From NCBI GenBank assembly GCA_019058445.1, contig JAHPZA010000006.1, positions 960,001 through 1,024,000 of the forward strand: DNA of 64,000 nucleotides, read 5' to 3'. Below are positions 20,184 to 29,716 of the stretch, one piece after another. Source of the stretch: Promethearchaeota archaeon (GTDB taxonomy: Archaea; Asgardarchaeota; Lokiarchaeia; Sigyniarchaeales; SOKP01). Positions within the stretch are counted from its first letter, which is position 1. Each line of letters starts with the position of its first letter. The notes under the pieces were generated by a model, which was not told the DNA's origin, searched no databases, and saw only the letters and a list, made by a program, of their open reading frames with translations. Made by a program: the position numbers and the translations under genes.

Positions 20184-21647
20184 TTAGCACTTGGTAAGTT
20201 TTGTAGTAACAGGAGTACACCCCAATAAGTCCTTGAATTCTCTCATAAAATCCATATCAATTGGTTCTTGCGCATCTTCCCAGGAAAGCTTTAATAATTC
20301 TTTTGCTTTTTCGGGAGCTTCGGAAATGATATTATTACATAATGCGGGATCTTTATTGACATCAAATAAACTTCCCTCTTCTATATCCCATACATACCCG
20401 TTATACCAAAAATCTCCGTCGTATACCACTACGGAGCCACCCCAAGCTGTGGTTATATGATCATAATACGTCAATCCATCATCTTGAATCAATTTCAATA
20501 AATCCTTACCATCCATATCCTTTGAAGAAATACGACAAGCTTCAGCGATTGTAGGGGCAATATCGAAATGATAGCAGAACTTATCACAAGTTTTTCCACT
20601 ACCTTCACCCTCTGGAAATCGAATCATAGCGACAAGATCGTTCACCTCGCGTCTCAGTGGATTGGCAGCTTTTGCTATAAGTCCATGTTCTCCTAACATA
20701 TGACCGTGATCAGATACTACTACAATAATTGAATCATCCCAAATACCGATCCTTTTAATATATTCGATGAAATAACCAAACCAAGTGTCTACCAGTGATA
20801 CCTCTGCTGCATATCTCGTCTTTAAATTTTTAAGTTCTTTCTCGGTAAGCATACTTGCAGGTCCATAGAGAGAATGTGAAACTTTTCGACAACCTTTTTC
20901 CCAATCCGGATCTTTTTCGTATAACCGAATGTAATGAAGGGGTGGATTCCAAGGTTCATGAGGATCGAACGACTCGACGGTTATAAATCCTTTTCCGTTT
21001 ATTAACACCTCATAATTCATATCCAACCATTCTCCAGCTGAGCGAAATACTTGGGCTGGAAATGTATCGGCTTCGGAGCGCCACCATCTTGTATTTTGAA
21101 GGAATTTACGCATCATATGCTGTGCAAACACAGTCCCTGCAGATACTCCATCCTTTTTTGAAGTGAGATATTCATTTAGAAACTTATCAGAGATCCGTGG
21201 TCCAGAAAGAAAAGAATCTTCTTCTTGTCCACGAATCCATTGCCATTGATCAAATCCGCGTTGGAAATTATATCCTGGTTTAAATTGGTGATATACATCC
21301 GAAAATAAAGCAGAAGTATATTTCTTTCGATGAAATCGCTCTGCAAGAGTTAGTTGAGAATCTGAAATGTTGCTCCATCCTGGAGCACCGAGAGCATCGG
21401 CTATGAAGTCTCCCCTTCCCGATTTTGTTATTCCACGATTATCATCATTAAATGGGAAAACACGTTTACCAGTATAAATAGCTTTTCGAACTGGAAGAGT
21501 TGGTAATGAATCAGGATACATTCGTGTAAATTTCACGGACTCTTTTGCAAAGTTGTCTAAATGTGGCGTTTTTATCCACGTATTTCCGTAGCATCCAACA
21601 TGATCCTGTCGTAATGTATCAAGTACAATTAATATCGCATTTACCAT
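20184..21647 (-). CDS. Sulfatase-like alkaline-phosphatase-superfamily hydrolase with Thr at the nucleophile position
   Basis: VLDTLR, SLPTLPVRKAIYTG (TxPxR), FDPHEPW, SDHG; GKxH motif replaced by SDVYH. Confidence 0.8.
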   Translation of the reverse strand: MVNAILIVLDTLRQDHVGCYGNTWIKTPHLDNFAKESVKFTRMYPDSLPTLPVRKAIYTGKRVFPFNDDNRGITKSGRGDFIADALGAPGWSNISDSQLTLAERFHRKKYTSALFSDVYHQFKPGYNFQRGFDQWQWIRGQEEDSFLSGPRISDKFLNEYLTSKKDGVSAGTVFAQHMMRKFLQNTRWWRSEADTFPAQVFRSAGEWLDMNYEVLINGKGFITVESFDPHEPWNPPLHYIRLYEKDPDWEKGCRKVSHSLYGPASMLTEKELKNLKTRYAAEVSLVDTWFGYFIEYIKRIGIWDDSIIVVVSDHGHMLGEHGLIAKAANPLRREVNDLVAMIRFPEGEGSGKTCDKFCYHFDIAPTIAEACRISSKDMDGKDLLKLIQDDGLTYYDHITTAWGGSVVVYDGDFWYNGYVWDIEEGSLFDVNKDPALCNNIISEAPEKAKELLKLSWEDAQEPIDMDFMREFKDLLGCTPVTTKLTKC

Positions 21648-21824
21648 GAAAATTCACCGGGATTAATTCTTTTTTTAAAATATTTTATCATAAAAATGCA
21701 CCTTTTTTTTTACTTAACTAAAGCTTTTCCCCTAAAATGCTATAGTTTTATTCTGATTAGGTAAAACTTAGATGTAAAATAAAATTTATTCTTATCAAAA
21801 TGAGTCATTTTTAAAGGGGATATT

Positions 21825-22280
21825 ATGGAAGAAAAAAATCTTGAAAAATTACCGAACAATCAGATAGAAGCTCAAGGCATGTTAATTAAAGCATTTTATG
21901 AAAAGTTCGGAAAAGAAGCTTTACCTATAATTAAAGAGATCTTAGGGAAGCAGGGTCGTGCTTTAGGTTTAAAAATTAAGAATAAATTACCAGATAATAA
22001 ATTATCTACTGTCGCAAGGGCATTTTCTAAAAGTTATGATCCAAACCTAGTGAAAGTGATAACTATTGCTGATGATATTTTCCAGATTCAAGGAACTCAA
22101 TGTCCTTTTGGTTTAGAGAATACAGCAAGAGAATTATGTGAAGCAGTTATGGAAATTGATCATGAGTATTTTCGTACTGCAGTAAGTGATAAAATAACCC
22201 TAAATATAATTCAGACCGTTGCTGAAGGAGATGATTGCTGTGATACGGTCTATGAATTGAAAAAAAGATCAGAAAAATAA
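21825..22280 (+). CDS. L-2-amino-thiazoline-4-carboxylate hydrolase-like / V4R-like small protein
   Basis: QCPFG, LCEAVMEID, QTVAEGDDCCD Cys pattern. Confidence 0.7.
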   Translation: MEEKNLEKLPNNQIEAQGMLIKAFYEKFGKEALPIIKEILGKQGRALGLKIKNKLPDNKLSTVARAFSKSYDPNLVKVITIADDIFQIQGTQCPFGLENTARELCEAVMEIDHEYFRTAVSDKITLNIIQTVAEGDDCCDTVYELKKRSEK

Positions 22281-23015
22281 GATTTCATAAAAGTCTCTCA
22301 TTTTTCTAAGGTTAATTTGTCCAGGAGCAGTTTTATCTTCAAAAGATGCGTATGTTAAGAATGAACCAACTTTCACACACATCAATCTAGATAAAATCCC
22401 GGAATCACCCATACAAAAACTGATTATTTTATGACCCTCTTTTGAAAAAGATTTGCATAAATCAAGTGATATCAAATTATCTTCAAAAAATTTAGCGGTA
22501 AATATAGCTTTATATATACTTTGTCTCACTATTTTTGATTCAACAATTAGCTTACTTATTAATTTATTCATAAAAGAGTCTATAATTGCAAATCCTTCTT
22601 GATAATTGGGGGTTTTTTCATAATCGTGGTAAGAAAATATCAAATTTACATTATTTTGAACAGCTAAAAATATAGTCTCCTCTAAAATTAAATTCGCAGA
22701 ATTCATTTCGATATCAAGATAATCCGGTTGAGCTGAAATTAAGGTTTTCAGGATGCTTAAACGGTCTTCATCATTAATGTTGATTTGACCCCCCTCTGAA
22801 TAATCTCTAAAAGTGAAAATGACGGGGATATTCGGTTGGAAAAGTTTTAATAATTTTTTGCTGAATTCTTTTGTGATTGATTGAATACGATCGATATAGT
22901 CAAATCGAAATTCAACAAAATTAGGATTCTCTTTTAAAATGATCTTTATAACGGTTTCATTTTGTGTAAAATCACCAGATTGAATTGGAACTGCCACACA
23001 AATATTAAATTTCAT
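22269..23015 (-). CDS. aroD: Type I 3-dehydroquinate dehydratase
   Basis: VEFRFD, IFTFR..EGG, YLDIE, SYHD..TP, MG..G.LSR, TAPGQ. Confidence 0.92.
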   Translation of the reverse strand: MKFNICVAVPIQSGDFTQNETVIKIILKENPNFVEFRFDYIDRIQSITKEFSKKLLKLFQPNIPVIFTFRDYSEGGQININDEDRLSILKTLISAQPDYLDIEMNSANLILEETIFLAVQNNVNLIFSYHDYEKTPNYQEGFAIIDSFMNKLISKLIVESKIVRQSIYKAIFTAKFFEDNLISLDLCKSFSKEGHKIISFCMGDSGILSRLMCVKVGSFLTYASFEDKTAPGQINLRKMRDFYEILFF

Positions 23016-23098
23016 TAAAAATCAAAATTAAAAGTTGATAATAGAGCTTAAAAATAACTATTTTTAGCAATATAAAAAATTTTGCTAAGAGTATTTAT

Positions 23099-24622
23099 TT
23101 ATAAGATTCCATCCCAAGCAGATCGCTCGTCATCTAAAGGTCCATTGACCACTTTAATCTCTTTGCCGAATAGCATTGTTGATCTCTTCTCAAGACTATA
23201 AGAGGGCCACTCAGGGATGCTTTTGTGGTTTGGATTTCCTGTGCGGGCAAAAAAAGTCCATGAATCCATCATTTTAGTGCTTATTGCTTCAGTCTCTTCA
23301 CTTTTACTTGGAAAAATACCTATAGCTTTTTCACTTAGCAATCCAAAAACAAAAGGTAACTCGATGGCATGGATTGCTCCTTGTATTCCCCCTGGCATTT
23401 TTAGCTTCCAGTTAAATAAATACATATAAGTATTCGGTTGGAGGTCGCTTTGTACTTCCGCTAAACGTATTGAAGGAATACGGAACGCAAAATCAGTCAG
23501 ATACGCATCGACAATATCTTGAGGCTCTATTGGTTCCTTACCTTTTCTTGCTTGCTGATAAGTTTTAATCATTTGCTCTGCTTTATCCTCATCTTGACCA
23601 AGAGCCTTCATTAAATTAATTGTACTCTTAAGTAATTTACTTTCATCAACTTTAGGTGCGTTAGGATTCAATGCGGTCCAAAGTTTTATCTCATCTTGAT
23701 TCGTTCCTATAAGAAGCTCAATCTCCTTAGCAGAACCATTACGCATGGCCGTAAGAGGATGTTCTGGCAAGGTTTTTTCATCAATAACAGGCCCTACCGT
23801 CGGAGCATCCGATGCAAAGGTTGAACCACTTTGGATCGCTTTATTAGTTGGATCGGCTTTAATAAGTTCATCAATAGTAACCTTACGGAGTGCATCAATA
23901 TCACCCTCCTTAATCTTTAGTTTAGATTGTACCTGATCAGAAGCTTCTTTACGTCTTAAATTGTGATAAAACATAGGATGGCACGCACCACTTTGGGCTA
24001 TAACGCGATGAAAAAGTCCTTTCGCAGAAGGCATAGCCATTAGGGTACAAACGGAAACACTACCCGCAGATTCGCCAAAAATTGTGACATTCTTAGGATC
24101 ACCCCCAAAAGCTTCAATGTTCTCTTTAACCCATTTAAGAGCCGCTATTTGATCGAGCAACCCTACATTAGCCGTTTTGCCCGGTATATAAAAAAATCCC
24201 AGAACTCCTAAACGATAATTTAATGATACGATCACCACATTTCCTCTGAGTGCTAAACGCGCACCATCCAGATCAGCACCACTTCCTGTCACAAACGCGC
24301 CACCATGTACCCATACCATCACTGGGAGGTTTTTTTGATCTGTCTCGGGACTCCAAACATTTACAGTTAAGCAATCAGCCTCACTTTGTTTAGCTTTCCC
24401 TCCAAACATTGCCAAAAGAACAGAGGGAGGTTGAGGGGCAATAGGACCGAATTCTGTGGCATCTAGTACCTCATCCCATGGCTGTCTAGGTGCGGGCGGA
24501 CTAAAACGAAGCTCTCCGACAGGCGAAGCAGCATAGGGTATCCCCTTAAATTTAAAGACCCCTCTCGCCCTATAACCCCGAACTTTACCTAAATTTGTGT
24601 CAACTATAATATTCTTTTCCAT
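23099..24622 (-). CDS. Type-B carboxylesterase/lipase (PnbA-like)
   Basis: FKGIPYA, DCLTVNVW, VHGGAF, NYRLG, FGESAG, HAIELPFVFG. Confidence 0.93.
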   Translation of the reverse strand: MEKNIIVDTNLGKVRGYRARGVFKFKGIPYAASPVGELRFSPPAPRQPWDEVLDATEFGPIAPQPPSVLLAMFGGKAKQSEADCLTVNVWSPETDQKNLPVMVWVHGGAFVTGSGADLDGARLALRGNVVIVSLNYRLGVLGFFYIPGKTANVGLLDQIAALKWVKENIEAFGGDPKNVTIFGESAGSVSVCTLMAMPSAKGLFHRVIAQSGACHPMFYHNLRRKEASDQVQSKLKIKEGDIDALRKVTIDELIKADPTNKAIQSGSTFASDAPTVGPVIDEKTLPEHPLTAMRNGSAKEIELLIGTNQDEIKLWTALNPNAPKVDESKLLKSTINLMKALGQDEDKAEQMIKTYQQARKGKEPIEPQDIVDAYLTDFAFRIPSIRLAEVQSDLQPNTYMYLFNWKLKMPGGIQGAIHAIELPFVFGLLSEKAIGIFPSKSEETEAISTKMMDSWTFFARTGNPNHKSIPEWPSYSLEKRSTMLFGKEIKVVNGPLDDERSAWDGIL

Positions 24623-24822
24623 AAAGATATCAACTTATCTTACTTCTTAGTTCTTAATTCTCACTCTTATTATTTAAAAATTTTGCTATAAAAGGAAGTC
24701 ACAATATTTTTTTTTTCAAAAGATTAATTTTCATATAATTAGCTAATATATTTAAACTAAAAATTTATGGTTAAGTTAGGTTTAGCCTAGATGAAAAAAG
24801 TTGAGAGGAGTCAGCAGTTAAA

Positions 24823-25575
24823 ATGGTTTCATTAATCAAACTTATTCAAACAGGAAAACTCCCTCTAAATCAGTTCATGGATTTAGAAACTGTTAATTGG
24901 ATAAAAGATCATAGACCCTCATTTAATTTCAGCCCTCCTCCAATTGATTTTGAACCTAACCTTGACGAGTATCTGATGGAGTTAAAGAATTATATCCCTG
25001 ATCCTAATTGGTTTTTAGTTTCAAAAAAAAGGGATTCAATCCATGGTATGAGACACATATTAAGAGTGGTCTTTCATTCAATAATACTTACCTTGCTGAG
25101 TGAGGATAAAACTTCCCGGTTTTTTAAAAATTGTTTGGTTGCCTCTTCTTTACATGATTTAAGACGTAAAAATGACTTAATGGATTTATTTCACGGAAAA
25201 AGAGCAGCAAGGTGGTTTAAAAAAAACATTTTTCTCATAGAAAAGCAATTTGAAATTCATTTATCCGAAGACGATATTAAAGCTATTTATTATTCGATGT
25301 CATTTCATGATTTACCCTATGAAAAAATAGTAAAGCACATAAAATATGAAAAATATAAAGACCTAACGGATATTCTTAAAACCGCAGATGCTTTGGACAG
25401 ATATAGATTGCCGAGTGTTCGATTGTGGTTTAAAGACAGTTATGTTTATGTGATCCCCTCTGACTATTTAAAGTGTATGGCATTTCAATTAGTAATTACC
25501 AGTGAGACCAAATTTTTGAACGGTGTTACGAATGTCAATAGTGTAATAAATGCCATTGAAGAATTTTTTAAATAG
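24823..25575 (+). CDS. HD-domain protein
   Basis: HGMRHILRV, LHDLRR, HGKRAA, FHD, KTADALDRYR. Confidence 0.75.
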   Translation: MVSLIKLIQTGKLPLNQFMDLETVNWIKDHRPSFNFSPPPIDFEPNLDEYLMELKNYIPDPNWFLVSKKRDSIHGMRHILRVVFHSIILTLLSEDKTSRFFKNCLVASSLHDLRRKNDLMDLFHGKRAARWFKKNIFLIEKQFEIHLSEDDIKAIYYSMSFHDLPYEKIVKHIKYEKYKDLTDILKTADALDRYRLPSVRLWFKDSYVYVIPSDYLKCMAFQLVITSETKFLNGVTNVNSVINAIEEFFK

Positions 25576-25651
25576 GTCAATAACATTCGGTTATTTTGAT
25601 TGCAAATTTAAAATAAGAATAGAGAAAACAGCTATCTAATATTGTATTTTT

Positions 25652-27481
25652 TTAGAATTTATATTGCCCACTAATTATATTGTCGCTTATATCATTTGTC
25701 AATGGGATATATTCTGATTTACCTGGCAACAAAACGTATAAAGGATCATCAATTTTCTTAAGATCAAAAGCTTCGTTCTTCAACTTCATTTTTTTAAATT
25801 TAAAAGTTGCTGTAACTGAAAGTTTTGATTTAAACCTGAGGAAAATTGGGATCGCATAAGCGGGAAGATTTTGTCTAAATATCTTCATAAACTCTTTTAA
25901 ATTAAAATCTTCGAGAGATGTGTTCGGTACTATTGCGGCCATTCCAGCTCGGCCATCAGTAGCTGGTATATGAACACCATAGACGGTTGAAAATAACACT
26001 TGTTCGAAGCTGTTAATTACTTTTTCTATTTCGATAGTGGACACATTATTCCCTTTCCATCGATATGTATCTCCCAGACGATCAACAAACTGAGCGTGAT
26101 TGTTTCCTAAATCTCTAATCAAATCTCCAGTATTAAACCATTCGTCTCCTTCATTAAAGACATCATGAAATAACTTAGCATCAGTAGCTTCTTTATCTGT
26201 ATATCCCCTAAAAGTTGACACTCCCGTATTTTCAAATAGTAATAATCCGGATTCACCAACATTAACCCTCTCCATAAATCCTGCTTCATTTCTGAAGGGT
26301 TTTTCTTCATCATAGTCATATTTCACTATGGCAAATGAAGTTATACAACACCCGATCGTACAATCAAAATTTAAAATATTCCCAAACGCTCCAACAGCCT
26401 CGCTTGCTGAGTAATATTCTCCGATTTTTTCAATGTTAAATCGATCTTTAAAGTCTTTCCATATCTCATTGCGGAGTCCTGGTCCAATAACTACTCTTAC
26501 AGAATTATCTGAGTCCTTATCTCTGGGAGGCTGATTCATGAGATATCGGCACACTTCTCCGATGTAATTAAAAGCAGTAGCTTTATATTTTTGTATCTCA
26601 TCCCAGAAATTGCTCACACTAAATTTACGACCAATAGCAATTGTCGCGCCACTCCCTAAAGCGGCAGCACATCCTGCTCCAATCGCATTAGCATGAAATA
26701 ATGGTAATGAAATATACATAATATCCTCAGGTGTTAAGTCTCCAAGACCTCTTCCATAAAAATAATAACTGCTTATTAGCGTATAATGACGCATTATTGT
26801 AGCTTTGGGAAATCCCGTAGTACCTGAGGTAAATAAGTAAGCAATATCATCAGTCGTCTTAACTAAAGATGTGGTTGATGGATTGTTTTTAGGAAAATCT
26901 TTAACAGCTAACGAAAGATCGATATATCCTTCTGGAAGAGAGAGGATGCCTTGATCAGGTAAAAAAAAAAGGGTTTGATCATTTGAAAGGTCTAGGTCTG
27001 ATATTACAGCATTGAAATTATTAAAACAATTTTCATCTATGATGATAAATTTTCTGGGAGTAAGTTTTAGACAATGCACTAGGGACATTTCGCGTAGATC
27101 AATATTGATCAATGAACCTATTGCTCCAATTTTACCAAGAGCATAAAGAATCATTACATATTCAGGTCGATTAGTCATCATTATTTGTACCACATCCCCT
27201 TTATTCAACCCTAAAGAAATAAAATAATGTGCATATCGGTTAATCCATTCATTAAATTCTTTAAAGTTTAATGTTGTATCTTCAAATTTTATAGCAATAT
27301 TGTCAGCATACTTTCCTGCATTTCTTTCTATAATAGTTCCCCAAGAAACTTTATTTTCTGAAGGGATATTCATGAATTCTTGGAATTCATCACTATGCTT
27401 GCCAACCCAGCTACGATAACGTTTCCTATATTCTCTTTTATCAATCAGATCCATATCTTTTGGTTCAGCTATTTCTCCCAT
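25652..27481 (-). CDS. Long-chain acyl-CoA synthetase, FATP/SLC27/FadD6 type, paralog 1
   Basis: FTSGTTGFPK, NYIGEVCRYL, WFNTGDL, FVDRLGDTYRWKGNNVST, DGRAGMA; RBS gaggtg before ATG 27481. Confidence 0.93.
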   Translation of the reverse strand: MGEIAEPKDMDLIDKREYRKRYRSWVGKHSDEFQEFMNIPSENKVSWGTIIERNAGKYADNIAIKFEDTTLNFKEFNEWINRYAHYFISLGLNKGDVVQIMMTNRPEYVMILYALGKIGAIGSLINIDLREMSLVHCLKLTPRKFIIIDENCFNNFNAVISDLDLSNDQTLFFLPDQGILSLPEGYIDLSLAVKDFPKNNPSTTSLVKTTDDIAYLFTSGTTGFPKATIMRHYTLISSYYFYGRGLGDLTPEDIMYISLPLFHANAIGAGCAAALGSGATIAIGRKFSVSNFWDEIQKYKATAFNYIGEVCRYLMNQPPRDKDSDNSVRVVIGPGLRNEIWKDFKDRFNIEKIGEYYSASEAVGAFGNILNFDCTIGCCITSFAIVKYDYDEEKPFRNEAGFMERVNVGESGLLLFENTGVSTFRGYTDKEATDAKLFHDVFNEGDEWFNTGDLIRDLGNNHAQFVDRLGDTYRWKGNNVSTIEIEKVINSFEQVLFSTVYGVHIPATDGRAGMAAIVPNTSLEDFNLKEFMKIFRQNLPAYAIPIFLRFKSKLSVTATFKFKKMKLKNEAFDLKKIDDPLYVLLPGKSEYIPLTNDISDNIISGQYKF

Positions 27482-27639
27482 CCTTAACACCTCTTTTTTT
27501 TAATATAAACTATAATCTTTCTAAATTTATATCTTATATAAATGCAAATTTGTTATGCATCCAATTTTAGGTATTTGCAAGTTAAGAAAAAAAAAAGAGA
27601 AATAAAAAATATAAACTTATAGCAACTTATTTCATAGAT

Positions 27640-29463
27640 TTAAAATTCATATTTTTGTAAATTATTGCAGATATCTCTATTTAAGGGTGTATATTCTGAA
27701 CTCCCTGGTAACAACACATACATAGGATCTTCAACGGTTTCAATATCAAAGCACTCTTTTTTTAGCTGGACTTTTTTAAGCTTAAAGGTTGCCGTAGTTG
27801 CCAATTTTGATTTAAATCTAAGGAAGATGGGAACACCATAAGGAGGAAGATTTTTCTTTAGATGTTCAGCCAGTCCTTTTAAATCAAATTCTTCAAGCGA
27901 AACACTAGGTAATATTGCCGCCATACCAACCCGCCCATCAGTATCGGGTATCTGAACACCATAGACGCTTGAAAATAACACTTGATCGAAAGTATTGATA
28001 ACTTGTTCTACTTCTGTGGTGGATATATTATGTCCTTTCCAACGAAATGTATCTCCAAGGCGATCTACAAATTGAGCATGGGTATGACCAATATCTCTCA
28101 TTAAGTCCCCCGTATTAAACCAGATATCTCCTTTTTTAAATACATCATGAAAAATTTTCTCATCAGTTGCCTTTTTATCAGTATATCCTCTAAATACCAT
28201 TGTACTTGTAATCTCAAATAATAATAATCCGGATTCACCAAGGTTAACTCTTTCCATAAAACCTTCCTCATTCTTGATAGGCTTTTCGGTATCTGGATCG
28301 AATTTAACAATAGCATAAGGAAAAAAGGTCATACCTACCGTATTGTCAAAATTCAAAACATTGAAAAATCCTCCAACACTTTCAGTAGCATTGTAATATT
28401 CTCCAATTTTTTCGATGTTAAATCGAGTTTTAAAATCTTTCCAAATTTCATAGCGAAGTCCCGGTCCAATGACCACTCTTACTGAATTATCGGCATCATC
28501 TGGTTTTGGGGGTTGATTCATCAGATATCTACATATCTCACCGATGTAATTAAAGCCAGTAGCGTTATATTTACGAATTTCATCCCAAAAACGACTTATA
28601 CTGAATTTTCGTCCAATAGCTACCGCTGCGCCCCCACCAAATGCGGATGCACATCCGGGTCCTAAAGAATTTGAATGAAATAACGGAAGGGGAACATACA
28701 AAGTATCTTCGGGTGTAAACTCTGCTATTATCTGTCCAAATAAAAGATAACAAGCCACCATTGTATAATTGGCAAACCGCGTAGCTTTGGGAAACCCTGT
28801 AGTACCTGAAGTGAATATATAAGCAATAATATCAGAAGTTTTGATGTCGTATGTGGTCGAGGGATTGTCCACGGGAAAATTTATTACCTCCTTGGAAAGA
28901 TCAATGAAATCTCCAGGAATTGAGATTAAACCTTGGTCCGGCAAGAAATAGAGTTTTTGGTCTTTTGATAAGTCTAAATCGGATTTTACAGCATTGAAGC
29001 TCTCATAACAGTTTTCACCAACAATAATAAGCTTTCCAGGGGTGAGTTCTAAACAATGTGCCAGGGACATTTCGCGCATATCGATATTGATTAGAGACGC
29101 TATTACCCCAGTTTTACCAGCAGCTGTTAAGATCATTAAATATTCAGGTCGATTGGTCATCATCAGCTCAATTACATCCCCTTTTTTTAGGCCCAAAGAG
29201 AGTATAAAATGGGCGTATCGATTTACCCATTCATTGAATTCTTTATAAGTAAGTGTTATGTCTTCGAATATGATAGCAGTCTTATCAGCATATGTTTCTG
29301 CGTTTTCTTCAACAAGTTGGCCCCAAGAAACTTTGTTCTCCTCAACAGTAGCGTTTAATTTTGCGATATCACTTCCATGTTTTCTGATAAACCTCATATT
29401 TCTTTTTCGAAACTCTCTAGTAGGAATCAGATCAGATTCTTTTGACTCATCCTTTTCTATCAA
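27640..29463 (-). CDS. Long-chain acyl-CoA synthetase, FATP type, paralog 2
   Basis: FTSGTTGFPK, FVDRLGDTFRWKGHNIST. Confidence 0.93.
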   Translation of the reverse strand: MIEKDESKESDLIPTREFRKRNMRFIRKHGSDIAKLNATVEENKVSWGQLVEENAETYADKTAIIFEDITLTYKEFNEWVNRYAHFILSLGLKKGDVIELMMTNRPEYLMILTAAGKTGVIASLINIDMREMSLAHCLELTPGKLIIVGENCYESFNAVKSDLDLSKDQKLYFLPDQGLISIPGDFIDLSKEVINFPVDNPSTTYDIKTSDIIAYIFTSGTTGFPKATRFANYTMVACYLLFGQIIAEFTPEDTLYVPLPLFHSNSLGPGCASAFGGGAAVAIGRKFSISRFWDEIRKYNATGFNYIGEICRYLMNQPPKPDDADNSVRVVIGPGLRYEIWKDFKTRFNIEKIGEYYNATESVGGFFNVLNFDNTVGMTFFPYAIVKFDPDTEKPIKNEEGFMERVNLGESGLLLFEITSTMVFRGYTDKKATDEKIFHDVFKKGDIWFNTGDLMRDIGHTHAQFVDRLGDTFRWKGHNISTTEVEQVINTFDQVLFSSVYGVQIPDTDGRVGMAAILPSVSLEEFDLKGLAEHLKKNLPPYGVPIFLRFKSKLATTATFKLKKVQLKKECFDIETVEDPMYVLLPGSSEYTPLNRDICNNLQKYEF

Positions 29464-29716
29464 TTTAGATAAACCTTTCTTTTTAATTTATTAATCAAAA
29501 TGGAGTTTTTCTTCTTTTGTCGAAATAAATTTCATTAGAATTATTTTGTTTTTTCGAGTTATAAATCTTCTATTCTTGAATTTAAAGCTAACTCAAATAT
29601 TCGGTGAATGGTGTTTGAAAACGGTATAAACTTTAAAATTTTCAAGAAATCACAAATTTACAAGGAAAAACTAAAGAGATTGAAGGATAAAAATAAAGAT
29701 AAACTATTATTTGGAA

